64,000 nt of DNA from Octopus sinensis (Eukaryota). Both the position numbers and the translations under genes were made by a program. The DNA is taken from the NCBI RefSeq assembly GCF_006345805.1, contig NC_043000.1:34162001-34226000 (forward strand). The letters are read 5' to 3'. Below, piece after piece: positions 1-11,977 of the stretch. Numbering within the stretch: the first letter of the stretch is position 1; every line of letters starts with the position of its first letter. The notes under the pieces are model-generated. The model did no database searches, was not told the DNA's origin, and worked only from the letters and a program-made list of their open reading frames with translations.

Positions 1-402
1 AGAGGGAGGGAGGGAGTATGCTGTACTTTGGTCGGAGGCTACTGGTTTCGTACGAAGTTCACAGTAAATTTTCTCTCCGTTACTTTACGATTAATTAAAA
101 ATGTTAATTATACTTCGGCAAAAAGAAAAGAGCTATTTCATTATTGTTGTGAATGCTGAGCTGACTGATTAGGACATCACGCATTTCAAGCTGTAACAAC
201 ACTGGCCCGCCTATTCAGGAATAATAGTTAGCGGCTGTTTAATTAGCAAAGCTAACTTAATGCAATTAAGAAATCGTTGCAGATGACAACTTACATTTTC
301 CATCTCGATCAAAGATGGATCAGCATCTTCTTCTCTATATTCACTTGACATCTCGAAATTCATCTACAATTGAGATAATAAATACAAGAATTATATCTCC
401 CT

Positions 403-457
<55 letters not shown>

Positions 458-487
458 CTCTCTATATATAATATATATATATATATA

Positions 488-875
488 GGCGCAGGAGTGG
501 GTGTGTGGTAAGTAGCTTCTTTACCAACCACATGGTTCCGGGTTCAGTCCCACTGCGTGGCATCTTGGGCAAGTGTCTTCGACTATAGCCTCGGGCCGAC
601 CAAAGCCTTGTGAGTGGATTTGGTAGATGGAAACTGAAAGAAGCCCGTCGTATATATGTTTATATGCGTGTGTGTGTTTGTGTGTCTGTGTTTGTCCCCC
701 TAGCATTGCTTGACAACCGATGCTGGTGTGTTTACGTCCCTGTCACTTAGCGGTTCGGCAAAAGAGACCGATAGAATAAGTACTGGGCTTACAAAGAATA
801 AGTCCCGGGGTCGAGTTGCTCGATTAAAGGCGGTGCTCCAGCATGGCCGCAGTCAAAATGACTGAAACAAGTAAA
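488..875 (+). mobile_element. tRNA-derived SINE, family A (tRNA-like head, internal microsatellite, LINE-like tail)
   Basis: Head GGCGCAGGAGTGG..GTGTGGTAAG (A box) and GGTTCAGTCCC (B box-like), then a (TA)/(TG) spacer, then a tail ending GCGGTGCTCCAGCATGGCCGCAGTC..ACTGAAACAAGTAAAA. Many homologous copies in the window. Confidence 0.9.
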
Positions 876-955
876 AAAAAAGAGAAAAAGATATATATAT
901 ATATATATATACATAATTTTTTTTCAGAATAAAAAACCAAGACTGAAGATTTTAG

Positions 956-1015
<60 letters not shown>

Positions 1016-1159
1016 GGCGCAAGCGTGGCTGTGTGGTAAGTAGCTTGCTTGCCAACCACATGGTTCCGGGTTCAGTTCCACTGCGTGGCGGGCCGACCAA
1101 AGCTTTGTGAGTGGATCTGGTAGACGGAAACTGGAAGAAGCCCGTCGTATTCACACACT

Positions 1160-1205
<46 letters not shown>

Positions 1206-1450
1206 AATTATGTGTATATATGTATATATATGTATGTGTATGTATATGTTTGTGTGACTGTGTTTGTCCCCTGACCATCGTTTGACAACCGATGCTAGTG
1301 TCTTTACGTCCCCGTAACTTAGCGGTTCGGTAAAAAGGGGCCGATAGAATAAGTACTAGGCTTACAAAGAATAGTCCTGGAGTTGATTTGCTCGACTAAA
1401 GACGGCGTTCCAGCATGGCCGCAGTCTGAAACAAGGAAAAGAGTAAAAGA
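1016..1450 (+). mobile_element. SINE family A copy
   Basis: Same head and tail as 488-875, with an expanded (CA)/(TA) spacer and a short deletion in the head. Confidence 0.88.
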
Positions 1451-1466
1451 ATTTTCTTTTCTTTTA

Positions 1467-1686
1467 TTCTTTTACTTGTTTCAGTCATTTGACTGCGGCC
1501 AAGCTGGAGTATCGCTTTTAGTCGAGCAGATCGACTCCCAGGACTTATTCTTTGTAAGCCTAGTACTTATTCTATCAGTCCCCTTTTTTACCGAACCGCT
1601 AAGTTACGGGGACGTAAACACACTAGCATCGGTTGTCAAACGATGGTCAGGGAACAGTCACACAAAAATATATATGCACACACATA

Positions 1687-1732
<46 letters not shown>

Positions 1733-1862
1733 GACGGGCTTCTTTCAGTTTCCGTCTACCAAATCCACTCAGAAGGCTTTGGTCGGCCCAAGGCTGTAGT
1801 AGAAGACAATTTCCCAAGGTGCCACGAAGTGGGACCGAACTCGGAATCTTGTGGTTGGTTAA
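1467..1862 (-). mobile_element. SINE family A copy, 5'-truncated
   Basis: Reverse complement of the tail (1467-1665) and of part of the head (1730-1862), separated by (TA)n. Confidence 0.85.
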
Positions 1863-1873
1863 CATATGCATGT

Positions 1874-1929
<56 letters not shown>

Positions 1930-2094
1930 TATATACACATATATATTAATATATATTATTTGCACATGCAGATTATGTTCTCGCGGCATGTTTGGATGCT
2001 TAAACATACAAATGTGCGCACGCTGTACATATATAAGGATCGATAGATCGATAGATAGTTAGACAGACAAATATACAACCAAACTTTGTATGTC

Positions 2095-2265
2095 AAATAT
2101 TGGCACAAGGCCAGCAATTTTGGGAGAGGGTATAAGTCGTTTACATCGAACCCCAGTGTCCAGCTGGTACCTATTCCATCGATTCCAAATGAATAAAAGG
2201 AAAATTCCACTATGGAAGAATTTGAACTCAGAATGCAAAGACGGATGAAATTCTGTTAAGCATTT
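2095..2265 (-). mobile_element. tRNA-derived SINE family B, decayed
   Basis: Reverse complement resembles TTCTGAGTTCAAATT...GTACCAG...GGGTCGAT...AAATTGCTGGCCTTGTGCCAA seen in other family B copies. Confidence 0.7.
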
Positions 2266-2720
2266 ATTTTTTATGTATTTAGTACCGTGATCGAGGAATC
2301 TATGAAGACATGGTGCTAAAGAAGAGCTGTTTAAGAAAAAAATATGTAAAAAACAGAAAGTATGTTTGAAGAAAATTCGTTTAAAAGTCGGTCGCTTCAT
2401 TTAAAACGTTTCTCATTTCCTTGTGAGTTGTTTCCAAATGTAAGAAATTTTAAAGTAACTTGCTACTAACCACCGTACTTATATGCTAGATATTGAAAAC
2501 TAGTCAGGCATGAAATAGTATACCTAATCTAATCTAGCGTCAAATGCACAGTCTTTCCACTTCACTGATTTATCTGAATATAATTGAAGTTTTCAAATTG
2601 CTTCTTTTAACTCTGAAACGACACCCAGCACAAACTGAGGGTAATTAGAAGGAAAACAAGTTTACAGTTTCCATAAGCTACACACACATACACACGCACA
2701 CACTGCACACACACACATTA

Positions 2721-2790
<70 letters not shown>

Positions 2791-2994
2791 TTGTGTCAAT
2801 GTGTTTTTGTGTATCTCTGTCTGTAGAAACAGTGTTAATACACACAAACTTACACACACCTCATATATATAATATATATATATATATATATAAATATAAT
2901 TATAAATATATAAATATATATTATATATATACATATATATGTATGCATATATGTATATATATATATATATATATATAATATACATATATATATA

Positions 2995-3039
<45 letters not shown>

Positions 3040-3040
<1 letters not shown>

Positions 3041-3597
3041 TTAACGAATACTGCCATTCAACACGTTGGAGTTTGGCTTTAACTGTATATATATATTATA
3101 TTACGGATAAGATCTTTATTTAGAATATAGATCTTATCAATCGCCAGTATGGAATAAATCCTTCAAATGAATAATAATTATTAAAATTATAATTTAGGGT
3201 ATCTAATAGATACCACCACGCTGGAAATAGCAGCCAAAACTCGACTCAAAACCACATTAAATGTTCATACAGCACAGGAGAGAAGATAAAAAGACAAAAA
3301 ATGGGTGATCTGGAATTACCAAGTAATATTTTTGGTAGTTTATTTTGTCTCCTCTCCTGGTGCTGTATGAACATTTAATGTGGTTTTAGAGTCAAGTTTT
3401 GGCTGCTGTTTCCAGCGTAGTGGTATCTCTTAAATACCCTAATAAAATTTTAATAATAATTTTTCCTTTGAAGGATTTATTCCCATACTTGCGACTTGAT
3501 AAGATCTATATTCTAAATAAAGATCTTATCCGTATATATATATATATATACAGTTAAAGCCAAACTCCAACGTGTTGAATGGCAGTCATTCGTTAAA
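3040..3597. repeat. Long fold-back palindrome (arms about 250 bp, spacer about 50 bp)
   Basis: The left arm TTTAACGAAT(G)ACTGCCATTCAACACGTTGGAG...CAGCAC(C)AGGAGAG is the reverse complement of 3345-3597, with scattered mismatches. Confidence 0.9.
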
Positions 3598-3756
3598 ATT
3601 AAAATAAAAACAGACTTTTCCCCTTCGTACGAAAATGACGTAAGGCAGGCGGAATAAATGGTGTCTACTTTATTAGTCACCGTCGTCAATGCAAAACTAG
3701 TTTCACGCCCTCTCTTTATCTCTATATCTATATCTATCTATCTATATATATATATA

Positions 3757-3960
3757 TAGTTAATCCAAACATGAAAACACAAAGAGAAAACAACAACGCG
3801 AGGACGTGGAACAAATATAGTATTATTGGACGCTCAGGAAGGAAGGAAAGAAGGAGGGTTTAACGTTTCGAGCGGAGCTCTTCGTCAGAAAAAGATCCAA
3901 AGAAGGGAAGACGGAGGAAAAGAAATCGCCAACGGTACACACAGGGTCAGCCATTTTGAA
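3757..3960 (-). mobile_element. Penelope-like pseudo-LTR-type repeat carrying a hammerhead-like motif
   Basis: Minus strand reads TTTT-CTGACGA-A-GAGC-TCC-GCTC-GAAA-CGTT-AAA at 3859-3891. The downstream sequence resembles the 59645-59810 repeat. Confidence 0.6.
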
Positions 3961-4696
3961 ATGTGGCGCGAATTGGCAATATGATGTAATGTCGTATTGC
4001 CGAAAAATTATCATTTTCTTTTTTTTCCGTATAAAGATTCTAAAAGTTTCGTAATAAATATTTGTCATGGATTTCGATTCTTTTAAGTCAAGATGAGCAG
4101 TTATAAAAACCTGGATTTTGGGAAAAATATCAGTGTTTGTTGGATGTCACTGAACTCCACGACACTCACTCTTTTGAGACATCGGTAATTTTCATGCCAT
4201 GTCTAGAGTTAATCACAAATCTATTTTGATTTGTTGGTTAATGTATTAGCTAGAATTGAGAAATTAGTTAATGAAATTATAGTCGTTCTTCTTCACTACA
4301 AAGTTATCTTTCCTACTGTAAATAATATAAAATGTTATATTTATATAATAAAACTAATTAAAAGAAAATGTTTCTCTTCGCGTTTGTTTTTCAACTGAGC
4401 ATAAATAAGTATGCATTTCTGTAATCCTTAATTTATGTTTTCTTATAGCGGTTTAAAGTACACGAAGAAAATATTCAACATACATTGTCGTAAATATCCA
4501 TAGCGTTTCATGCGTATATGTCTCTATGACGTTATAACTGTAGTTAGGGTTTTAGGTATAATGATAACACTTTAGTATAAGTGACTTTGAATCATTATAT
4601 TCTTCCTTACTCAGAAAAAAGCCAAATAAAATAATGTAACTTAAGAGAAAGCTTAAGGTAGAATAACCCCAAATCACTGTAAGAAATATATATATA

Positions 4697-4739
4697 TTAA
4701 AGTCAAAACTACCATAATAAATGGTAGTTTTGACTTTAA
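4697..4739. repeat. Perfect 19-bp inverted repeat (hairpin) at the end of a dispersed repeat
   Basis: TTAAAGTCAAAACTACCAT-aataa-ATGGTAGTTTTGACTTTAA. The adjacent 4720-4795 is homologous (reverse complement) to about 63568-63695. Confidence 0.9.
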
Positions 4740-4889
4740 GAATCCCTCCTAGCGTGAGGCATTGATGTATAGTAATGCCCTTAATATAAGTAAATATATT
4801 TAAGAGGAATAATGATGGATTTTTCCTTTATAAGGTTTTTCACGCTAACTACTTGATAAATTCTTATAAAAGATTTTATCCTATTTTTC

Positions 4890-4935
<46 letters not shown>

Positions 4936-5002
4936 TATATATATATAATACGTTTAAATATTTGTTTGGCTAAATGGCAATATGACCATTCCGAAATATA
5001 AT

Positions 5003-5029
<27 letters not shown>

Positions 5030-5038
<9 letters not shown>

Positions 5039-5485
5039 CGGCAAAATGTCTGTTTGTCCTTTATACAAATCCACAGTTTTTCACGTAAAAGGCTCGCATT
5101 TTCTATGGACTTTCAAAACTGTCTGACGGTGGTCGTGAAGAATTTTCATTTCCCCAGTCACCCCAGAACCCATTTAAAAAAAATCAATAAACCGACCCCT
5201 TATGCCCATAAGTTATTTTGTGGACCAAATTCGAGCTTTTCGCTTTCTTCTGCCTCCCTTTTTGTCCGACTAATGGCATGTGCCATTTCAGGTGTGAAAA
5301 CCGAAGTTCAATGAATATTAATTACTCTCATAAAAAGTTCCAACTTGCTCATAAACAACAAAACTGGCCCAGGCTGAAATGTGATAAGAAACTTAGATCT
5401 TGATTTAGTGAGAAATTTTTACTGTGACCCGGCAACGAACAACAAGCAAGCACTAGACACGGCCGGGCAACGCCAGGTCATAGTG

Positions 5486-5489
<4 letters not shown>
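5030..5489 (+). mobile_element. Non-autonomous Helitron
   Basis: 5' end TATATAACGGCAAAA within (TA)n. 3' end has GC-rich CCGGGCAACGCCAGG followed by TCATAGTGCTA|T. The first ~170 bp match the inverted copy ending at 6272. Confidence 0.7.
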
Positions 5490-5535
<46 letters not shown>

Positions 5536-5580
5536 TATATATGTGTGTGTGTGTGGATGTATATATATATATATATACAT

Positions 5581-5615
<35 letters not shown>

Positions 5616-5949
5616 TTCATAATTTGCCGCAATCGGCTCACCGACAGATTAGAAAGCGTGTTTGAATGAGAAGGAAGAAGTTTGTCTCCTTTTTTTTTTA
5701 CTTTTTTCAATATACCGAATACCTCGGGTTACGAATTGATGTGGATAAATGAAGGTAAATATATTTTGTAGTTATATTTTTTCTTTAAAATATAGCATAT
5801 ACAACTGAAGATCGGAAAATGTGCTTCTAAATTAAATTAATTTTTAAAAAAATTAATGTATTTAGTTTGTACATTAATGGTGAAATAGACATCATTTATT
5901 CCGCCCACCTTACATCATTTTCGTACGCTAGGTCATAGTGCTAGTACAT

Positions 5950-6272
5950 GCATATACAGCTGCGTGCGTGCGCACATACACGCGAGTACTGCCCAAATCT
6001 CCGACCAATCACATACAGCTAGCTGGCATTCAATTGGCGTTTCACGTTTCGGACATTTTGATTGGGTTTTGGATAGAAAATTCACAAAAAAGTCACTTCT
6101 ATTGATTTTTTAATGGCTTTGCGGGGTGACTGGGGAAATGTAAAGATGTGTACGACCACCCTTGGACGGTTTTGAATGACCATAGAAAGTGCGAGCCCTC
6201 TAACTGAAAATTGTGGATTTGTATAAAGGACACACAAACACACACACACACAGATATTTTGCCGTTTATATA
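5950..6272 (-). mobile_element. Non-autonomous Helitron, 5' part (same family as 5030-5489)
   Basis: Reverse complement TATATAAACGGCAAAATATCTG...CCTTTATACAAATCCACA...CATTTCCCCAGTCACCCC aligns with 5035-5190. Confidence 0.65.
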
Positions 6273-6276
6273 TATA

Positions 6277-7104
6277 CTAGCAGAATTGCCCGGCGTTGCT
6301 CGGGGCTGAATTGCTTGAAAGTACTGTTAATGATTGCACTGAATTATGATGATTATTCAAGCAAATATTGATATAAGTTTACGGTGGGAGATAAGGACTT
6401 AACGATCAAACGTGTGCCAATGCATTGTTTTGGGGGAACCAAATTTCTGATGAGCATTATAGGGGCACCAACTTTGGTGGTAGTCCGGGGTGCTCAAAGG
6501 AATTGAGTACCTCTATTGGATAGTTGATGACGTCCTCTGGGTCAGGAGTTGTATCGATAGACTGATATACATAGACTTCCCCAGGAATGAGTTTGAGCAT
6601 TTCATCATTAATATGGTGAACAGTTTTATTCCTCGGGGCCAGTATAGCCTTTTTGCCAATCCAATCCATATTCTGATAATTAGCTTGTAGATCTGGGAAC
6701 ACTGCATCTCTGAGATCAGAAGGCGTCTTAACAATGGTACAAATGGAATCGATGGCAATATTACCATTTTCATCCCCTGGTATTTTGCCTTCGCCAAGTG
6801 CAAGGAGGGTGTGAGGAAAAGCTGCTGATGTGATATTACATCGCATATGAGCACGCATATTGGTGTGAAGTTTGAGAGTTACTTCCCTTTATTTTAAAAA
6901 ATATGCATTAAAATGGAAAAAATGATGGTAAATTATTTGTAAAATCATAGACTCATCGTAGACGCGCGCTAATACCCAGAAGGGCTCGATATGAATCACG
7001 ACTATAAGATACCCGGTTTTGGTTAAACTGCATTGCAAAATGTGGGAGTAGTTAGGAATCTAAATCGGAGTAGACAGACACACAACCTTTCTTTTATATA
7101 TAAA
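6277..7104 (-). mobile_element. Internally deleted Helitron carrying a helicase fragment
   Basis: Minus-strand 3' terminus CCCGAGCAACGCCGGG-CAATTCTG-CTAG|T and 5' terminus A|TTTATATATAAAAG. Contains a RepHel helicase segment. Confidence 0.85.
6460..6858 (-). pseudogene. Helitron RepHel Pif1-like helicase fragment
   Basis: Translation LLALGEGK...VFPDLQANY...KAILAPRNKTVHHIN...YQSIDT...NYPIEVLNSFEHPGLPP matches the characteristic Helitron helicase segment (AILAPxN; YPxEFLNSLxxPGxPPH). Confidence 0.9.
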
Positions 7105-8061
7105 TATTTTCGTCCTAAAAAACTTTGTATGAATTGAATGGTTACCTCTATGGAAATATATACACGCACATTATACATACATGTGTGTATAGATGAATAT
7201 ATAAATACATTTAAATATCTATATACACTTTTGGGCGATCTTTCTTTTTCTTAGAGATAACTTTAGATCTTATATTCGTCCTAAAAAACTTTGTATGGAG
7301 TGAAAGGTTACCTCTATGGAAATATATACACACACATTATACATACATCTGTGTATAGATGAATATATAAATACATTTAAATATCTATATACACTTTTGG
7401 GTGATCTTTCTTTTTCTTAGAGATAACTTTAGATCTTATTTTCGTCCTAAAAAACTTTGTATGGAGTGAATGGTTACCTCTATGGAAATATATACACACA
7501 CGTTATACATACATGTGTGCATAGATGAATATATAAATACATTTAAATATCTATATACACTTTTGGGCGATCTTTCTGCTACTTGGATATAGGTCTTATA
7601 TTCGTCGTAAAAAACTTTCCTGTCACACACTCACGCACACGCACACACACACACACGCACACACACACACACACACACACCACACGCACACACACACGTT
7701 AGCTTACAATTTTATTTATATATTTGCGTGTCTATGTGTGTAAAGTGGAGTTGGGAATGTAGAGTGAAATAGTCACTCACTACAGAAAGTGAATTAGTTT
7801 CACTTTATTCGTTGCACACTGTGTGTGTGCGTTTGTTGTGCTGTATCCCACACTAAGAGAAGCATTTGATTCATACACCACAATGTGAGTTTTCTCTAAA
7901 TTTTGCTTAATTGGGGTTAAAATTTTAAAAAGTGGACCTGTCACGACCCGATGCATTCTACTCTTAAAAATGCTAGGTAAATTGTAATTGAAGAAATCCT
8001 ATATTGTAGATTTCTATAAGATACAAAGGGAGGCAGATAAAATCTGCCTTTTATAATAAGA
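7105..8061 (-). mobile_element. Helitron-like element with an internal minisatellite and (CA)n
   Basis: Minus-strand start TCTTATTATAAAAGGCAGATTTTATCTGCC matches the 5' terminus of 8102-9010. The 3' end was not found. Confidence 0.55.
7108..7620. repeat. Tandem repeat, unit about 166 bp, about 3.1 copies
   Basis: TTCGTCCTAAAAAACTTTGTATG... recurs at about 7108, 7274, 7441 and 7601. Confidence 0.92.
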
Positions 8062-8067
8062 GGTATA

Positions 8068-8101
<34 letters not shown>

Positions 8102-8104
<3 letters not shown>

Positions 8105-9010
8105 TATGATTAAAGTCTTATGATAAAAGGCAGGTTTTCTCTGCCTGTGACTATGTTTCTTTTTAATACAATTGTATAATATAGAATTTCTTCAGGAAAC
8201 AGAAACAGAAACAAATAAATACATAATGATTTACTCCTCACACAATTTCTTCAATTGGAATTTACCTATGATTTTTCGAAGTACATTCCATTGGGTCATG
8301 GCATATAAATTTCTTTCAATTTGACCCCCAATTAAGCAAAAATTCGAGAAAACTCAATATTTTACGATTGGTTTTTAATTTACTTTCTGTCGCTAAGTTT
8401 TCGTAGTATTAATTTGCAAGTGTACTTCAGTTGTCAATTGTTGAAAGAAAGAAATTGTAAGCTAAGAAGGTGTGTGTGTGTGCGTGCGTGCGTGTGTGTG
8501 TGTGTAGGAAGTGAAGGATAAAAATATGGCAAGAAGTGGACAGATGTACATATATACATACATACATCCATACGTACATACATACATACATGTGTGTGTA
8601 TGTGTATTAATGTGTGTGTGTTATCGCTATATAAAGCTGAAGTTGTCTGTGTGCGCCAGGTTTGGTAGCCTTCAACTAATACTATCTCCTCCGAGACCCT
8701 GCGGCGCAAGTTGGCCAAAATTGAGAGTATGATAGAAGAAGGGTTGCTCTTCCTTCCGTACAAGATAAAATTCAAATCGGACCATGTTAACACCAAAAAT
8801 TATTTACATCAAAAAGGTGCTTTTTTCTATGAAAATCCATATTTTTTACGATTTTTTCACTGCTGTGTCGCCACTTTTCGGTGTATTTCAACAAGAAAAA
8901 TGTTCACTTGAAGAGAATAACAAGCTACATAATGCAAAAGTTTTACTTTTCAAAAATTCCAATTCCAGCGGGTCGAAACAAACCCGAGCAACGCCGGGCG
9001 ATACTGCTAG
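8102..9010 (+). mobile_element. Non-autonomous Helitron with canonical termini
   Basis: A|TCTTATGA... 5' end, hairpin CCCGAGCAACGCCGGG, and CTAG|T 3' end. This is the canonical AT insertion with TC...CTRR ends. Confidence 0.85.
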
Positions 9011-9042
<32 letters not shown>

Positions 9043-9349
9043 ATTTACCGCTATCGGCCCAGCGACAGAAGGCGTGTTTATATGTTGGTGAAGAAGTATG
9101 TTTATTCTCCCTCTCTTACTTTTATATATCTATGTGTGTGTGTATCTGTGTGTGTATGTGTGTGTGCGTGCGTGTGTGTGTGTGTACGTGCGTGCGTGTG
9201 TGTGTGTGTACGTGCGTGTGTGCGTGCGTGTATGTGTGAGTGCGTGCGTGTGTGCGTGTGTGTGTGTGTGCGTCAGTGTGTGCGTCAGTGTGTGCGTGCG
9301 TATGTGCGTGCGTGTGTGTGTGTGCATGCATGTGTGTTTGTGTGTGTGT

Positions 9350-11830
9350 GGAACAGGAAAGGTGACCAGCAATGGGTTGCATCCTGCTACGAATGATCTC
9401 TAATCAGGGCTTGATTGTTGGGAATACTTTCTTTCATCGTAAGTTGAAGCATAAAGTTACTTGGATTCACCCAAGATCAAAGCAAGGTCACGTGATTGAC
9501 TTTTTATTAACTCGGAAAGATGACTTACAAAATTTGTGCAGTCTCAGGGTATTGCGAGGTGCTGATTGTGATACTGATCACAAAATGGTTAGGGCCAGGT
9601 TCAAGTTCAGGGTCCTTAAGAAGGTTCGCAGTGCAGGTGTACGGGTACCAAAGAAAATTTATGTAGAGCAGCTAAAACCACCACAGGTTTTACAATTTGT
9701 TTCACAAGAGATGCAGAAATGTTCATTTTGAAGGTTCTGTCCCTGATGGAATATCTAAGATGGGATCAGAGGTGTTAGGTTTTAAAAGGAAACAACACCG
9801 AGACTGGTTTCGCTCGAATGATACAGTGTTAAATGAGCTTTTAGCAACAAAGAGATCCACTTATGCAAAGCTTCTTGACCCAAACGTTAAGAACAAGGAG
9901 CAACTAGAATAGCTGTACAAGTCCCAGAAAGCAGACATGCAAAAAGAGCTTAGGAGGCTTAAAGACACTTGGTGGAGAAATTTGTCTGAGGAAGTACAGG
10001 CGGCCTATGGCAGGAAAGACATTAAAAGTTTCTATAGTTTATTGCGGCAAGCTTCTGGACAGCAATCTTCATCAGTCGAAAGATGGAAATTAGGTTATTA
10101 AAGATCCTCCTGGAATAATAAATATATGGAGAGAACACTTTGCAGATCTTTTCCACAATCCATCTGTAGTGAATATGGATATCATAAACAACATTCAGCA
10201 AAGAGATATAGTGCAACACATGCATGATACACCTTCCATTGAAGAAGTAAATGTGGCATTATGTAAACTGAGATCAGGTAAAGCTCCTGGGTTGCATGGT
10301 ATTCCAGTTGAAATTCCGAAAGCTGGTGGGGATCATATTTTATCTGAAATTCATAACCTGATAACTCGAGTTTAGAATGAATCTTCTGTGCCACAAGAAT
10401 GGATAAATGGCATTCTAATCTCAGTATGTAGGGGTAAGGGCCCGAAAGCAGTGTGTGGTAATTCTAGAGAGATAACTCTTCTGGCACATACCGGTACAAT
10501 ACTTCCAAGAATCATGTTAGATCGTCTTGTTGAGAATGTGTGTCCACATGTGATTCCTGACCTGAGCGAGTAACAATGGACATTATATTTTCTGTGAGGC
10601 AGATTCAAGAGAAATGCTTTGAGGAACAAATGCCACTATACCAGATTTTCATAGATTTGACTAAGGTATTTGAAACGGTAAACAGGAAAGCACTGTGGAT
10701 TGTTTTGTGTAAACTTAGTTGCCCAACACATTTTGTGTGCGTTTTTAAGGAACTACACAGAAATATGAAAACTCGGGTAGTTTTTAATGGTGAGCTACTT
10801 CATGAATTTTCGGTGGACAACGGTGTCAAACAGGATATATTCCTACCCCTACACTTTTCTCCATTTATTTTGCTGCATTACTTTGATGTGCTTTCAAGGA
10901 TTGCAACAACAGGGGAATCTGAATCAAGTTTTGGACATCTGGTCGCATTTTTAATTTAACCTGGTTTAACTGCAAAGACTTTCAAAAATACTTGTTAGCG
11001 AATTACTTTATGCTGATGATACTGATGATGCTGATTTGTTGGCACACTCAGAGGGGTGGGGGGGGTATGCAACATTTAATGGACAGATTTTCCTCTGCAT
11101 GTGTACATTTCGGATTCACAATTAGTCTGGGGGGAAAACAAAGTAATGTTTACATCGGTGCCAGGACAAACATATTCTGAACCAAACATTTTTGTGAATG
11201 GAACAAGGTTAGAAGTCACTGACACCTTTGTTTACTTAGGAAGCACACTGTCAAGAGATGGTAGTCATGATGCAGAGATATACTATCGATATGGGAAGGG
11301 AAGTATTGCATTTGGAAAGCTCGAAAAGCGAGTGTGGGCGGATAGAGGTATTTCCCTGCAGACAAAAATCAGTGTCTATAAAGCGTGTGTATTGTCTGCT
11401 CTTCTCTATTCAAGTGAGACATGGACCACTTACAAGCGTCACACAAAAATACTGGAGAGATTTCATCAAAAGTGTCTCAGACGTATCTTGGGAGTCAAAT
11501 GGGAATGTTCCATAGCATATACAGAGGTTTTGCGCATGGCACGTTGCAGCTCAATTGAACAATATGTTATTAGAATGAAAGACAAGCATTTGTCAAAGCG
11601 TCCATTTTGTGGTGAGCTCAACTCTGGCAAGTGACCAGAACATAAGCCGAGGAAAAGGTATAAAGACTGTGTGAAGGAAAACCTGAAGAAACTAGATATG
11701 AACAAAAGTGATTGGGAGAATGATGTTCTGGATCGGAACAAGTGGGAGGTGCTGTTAGGACTGGTTGCAATACCTGAGAGGAAAAGATTATTCAGCACTC
11801 TGAACTTAAAAGGGGCTATCGCAAAAGAAC
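9350..11830 (+). mobile_element. RTE-clade LINE, 5'-truncated and degenerate (end of APE endonuclease + RT)
   Basis: Peptides NTFF..K..HKVTWIHPRSK.GHVIDFLLTR..RGADCDTDH, GKAPGLHGIP.E, IDLTKVFETVNR, NGVKQ, F.YLGS.LS.DG..DAEI, LLYSSETWT. Many stops and frameshifts. Confidence 0.92.
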
Positions 11831-11870
11831 AATAGGAATGAGAAGATGGGAATGAAGTGGAAGATGTGGG

Positions 11871-11977
11871 AGAAGAAGAAGAAGAAGAAGAAGAAGAAGA
11901 AGAAGAAGAAGAAGAAGAAGAAGAAGGAGGAGGAGGAGGAGGAGGAGGAGGAGAAGAAGAAGAAGAAGAAGAAGAAG

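Noticed and set aside
7108-7620. CRISPR-like array (also considered for 31072-31755 and 28633-28705)
   Set aside because: Whole units repeat without unique spacers, there are no cas genes, and the context is eukaryotic.
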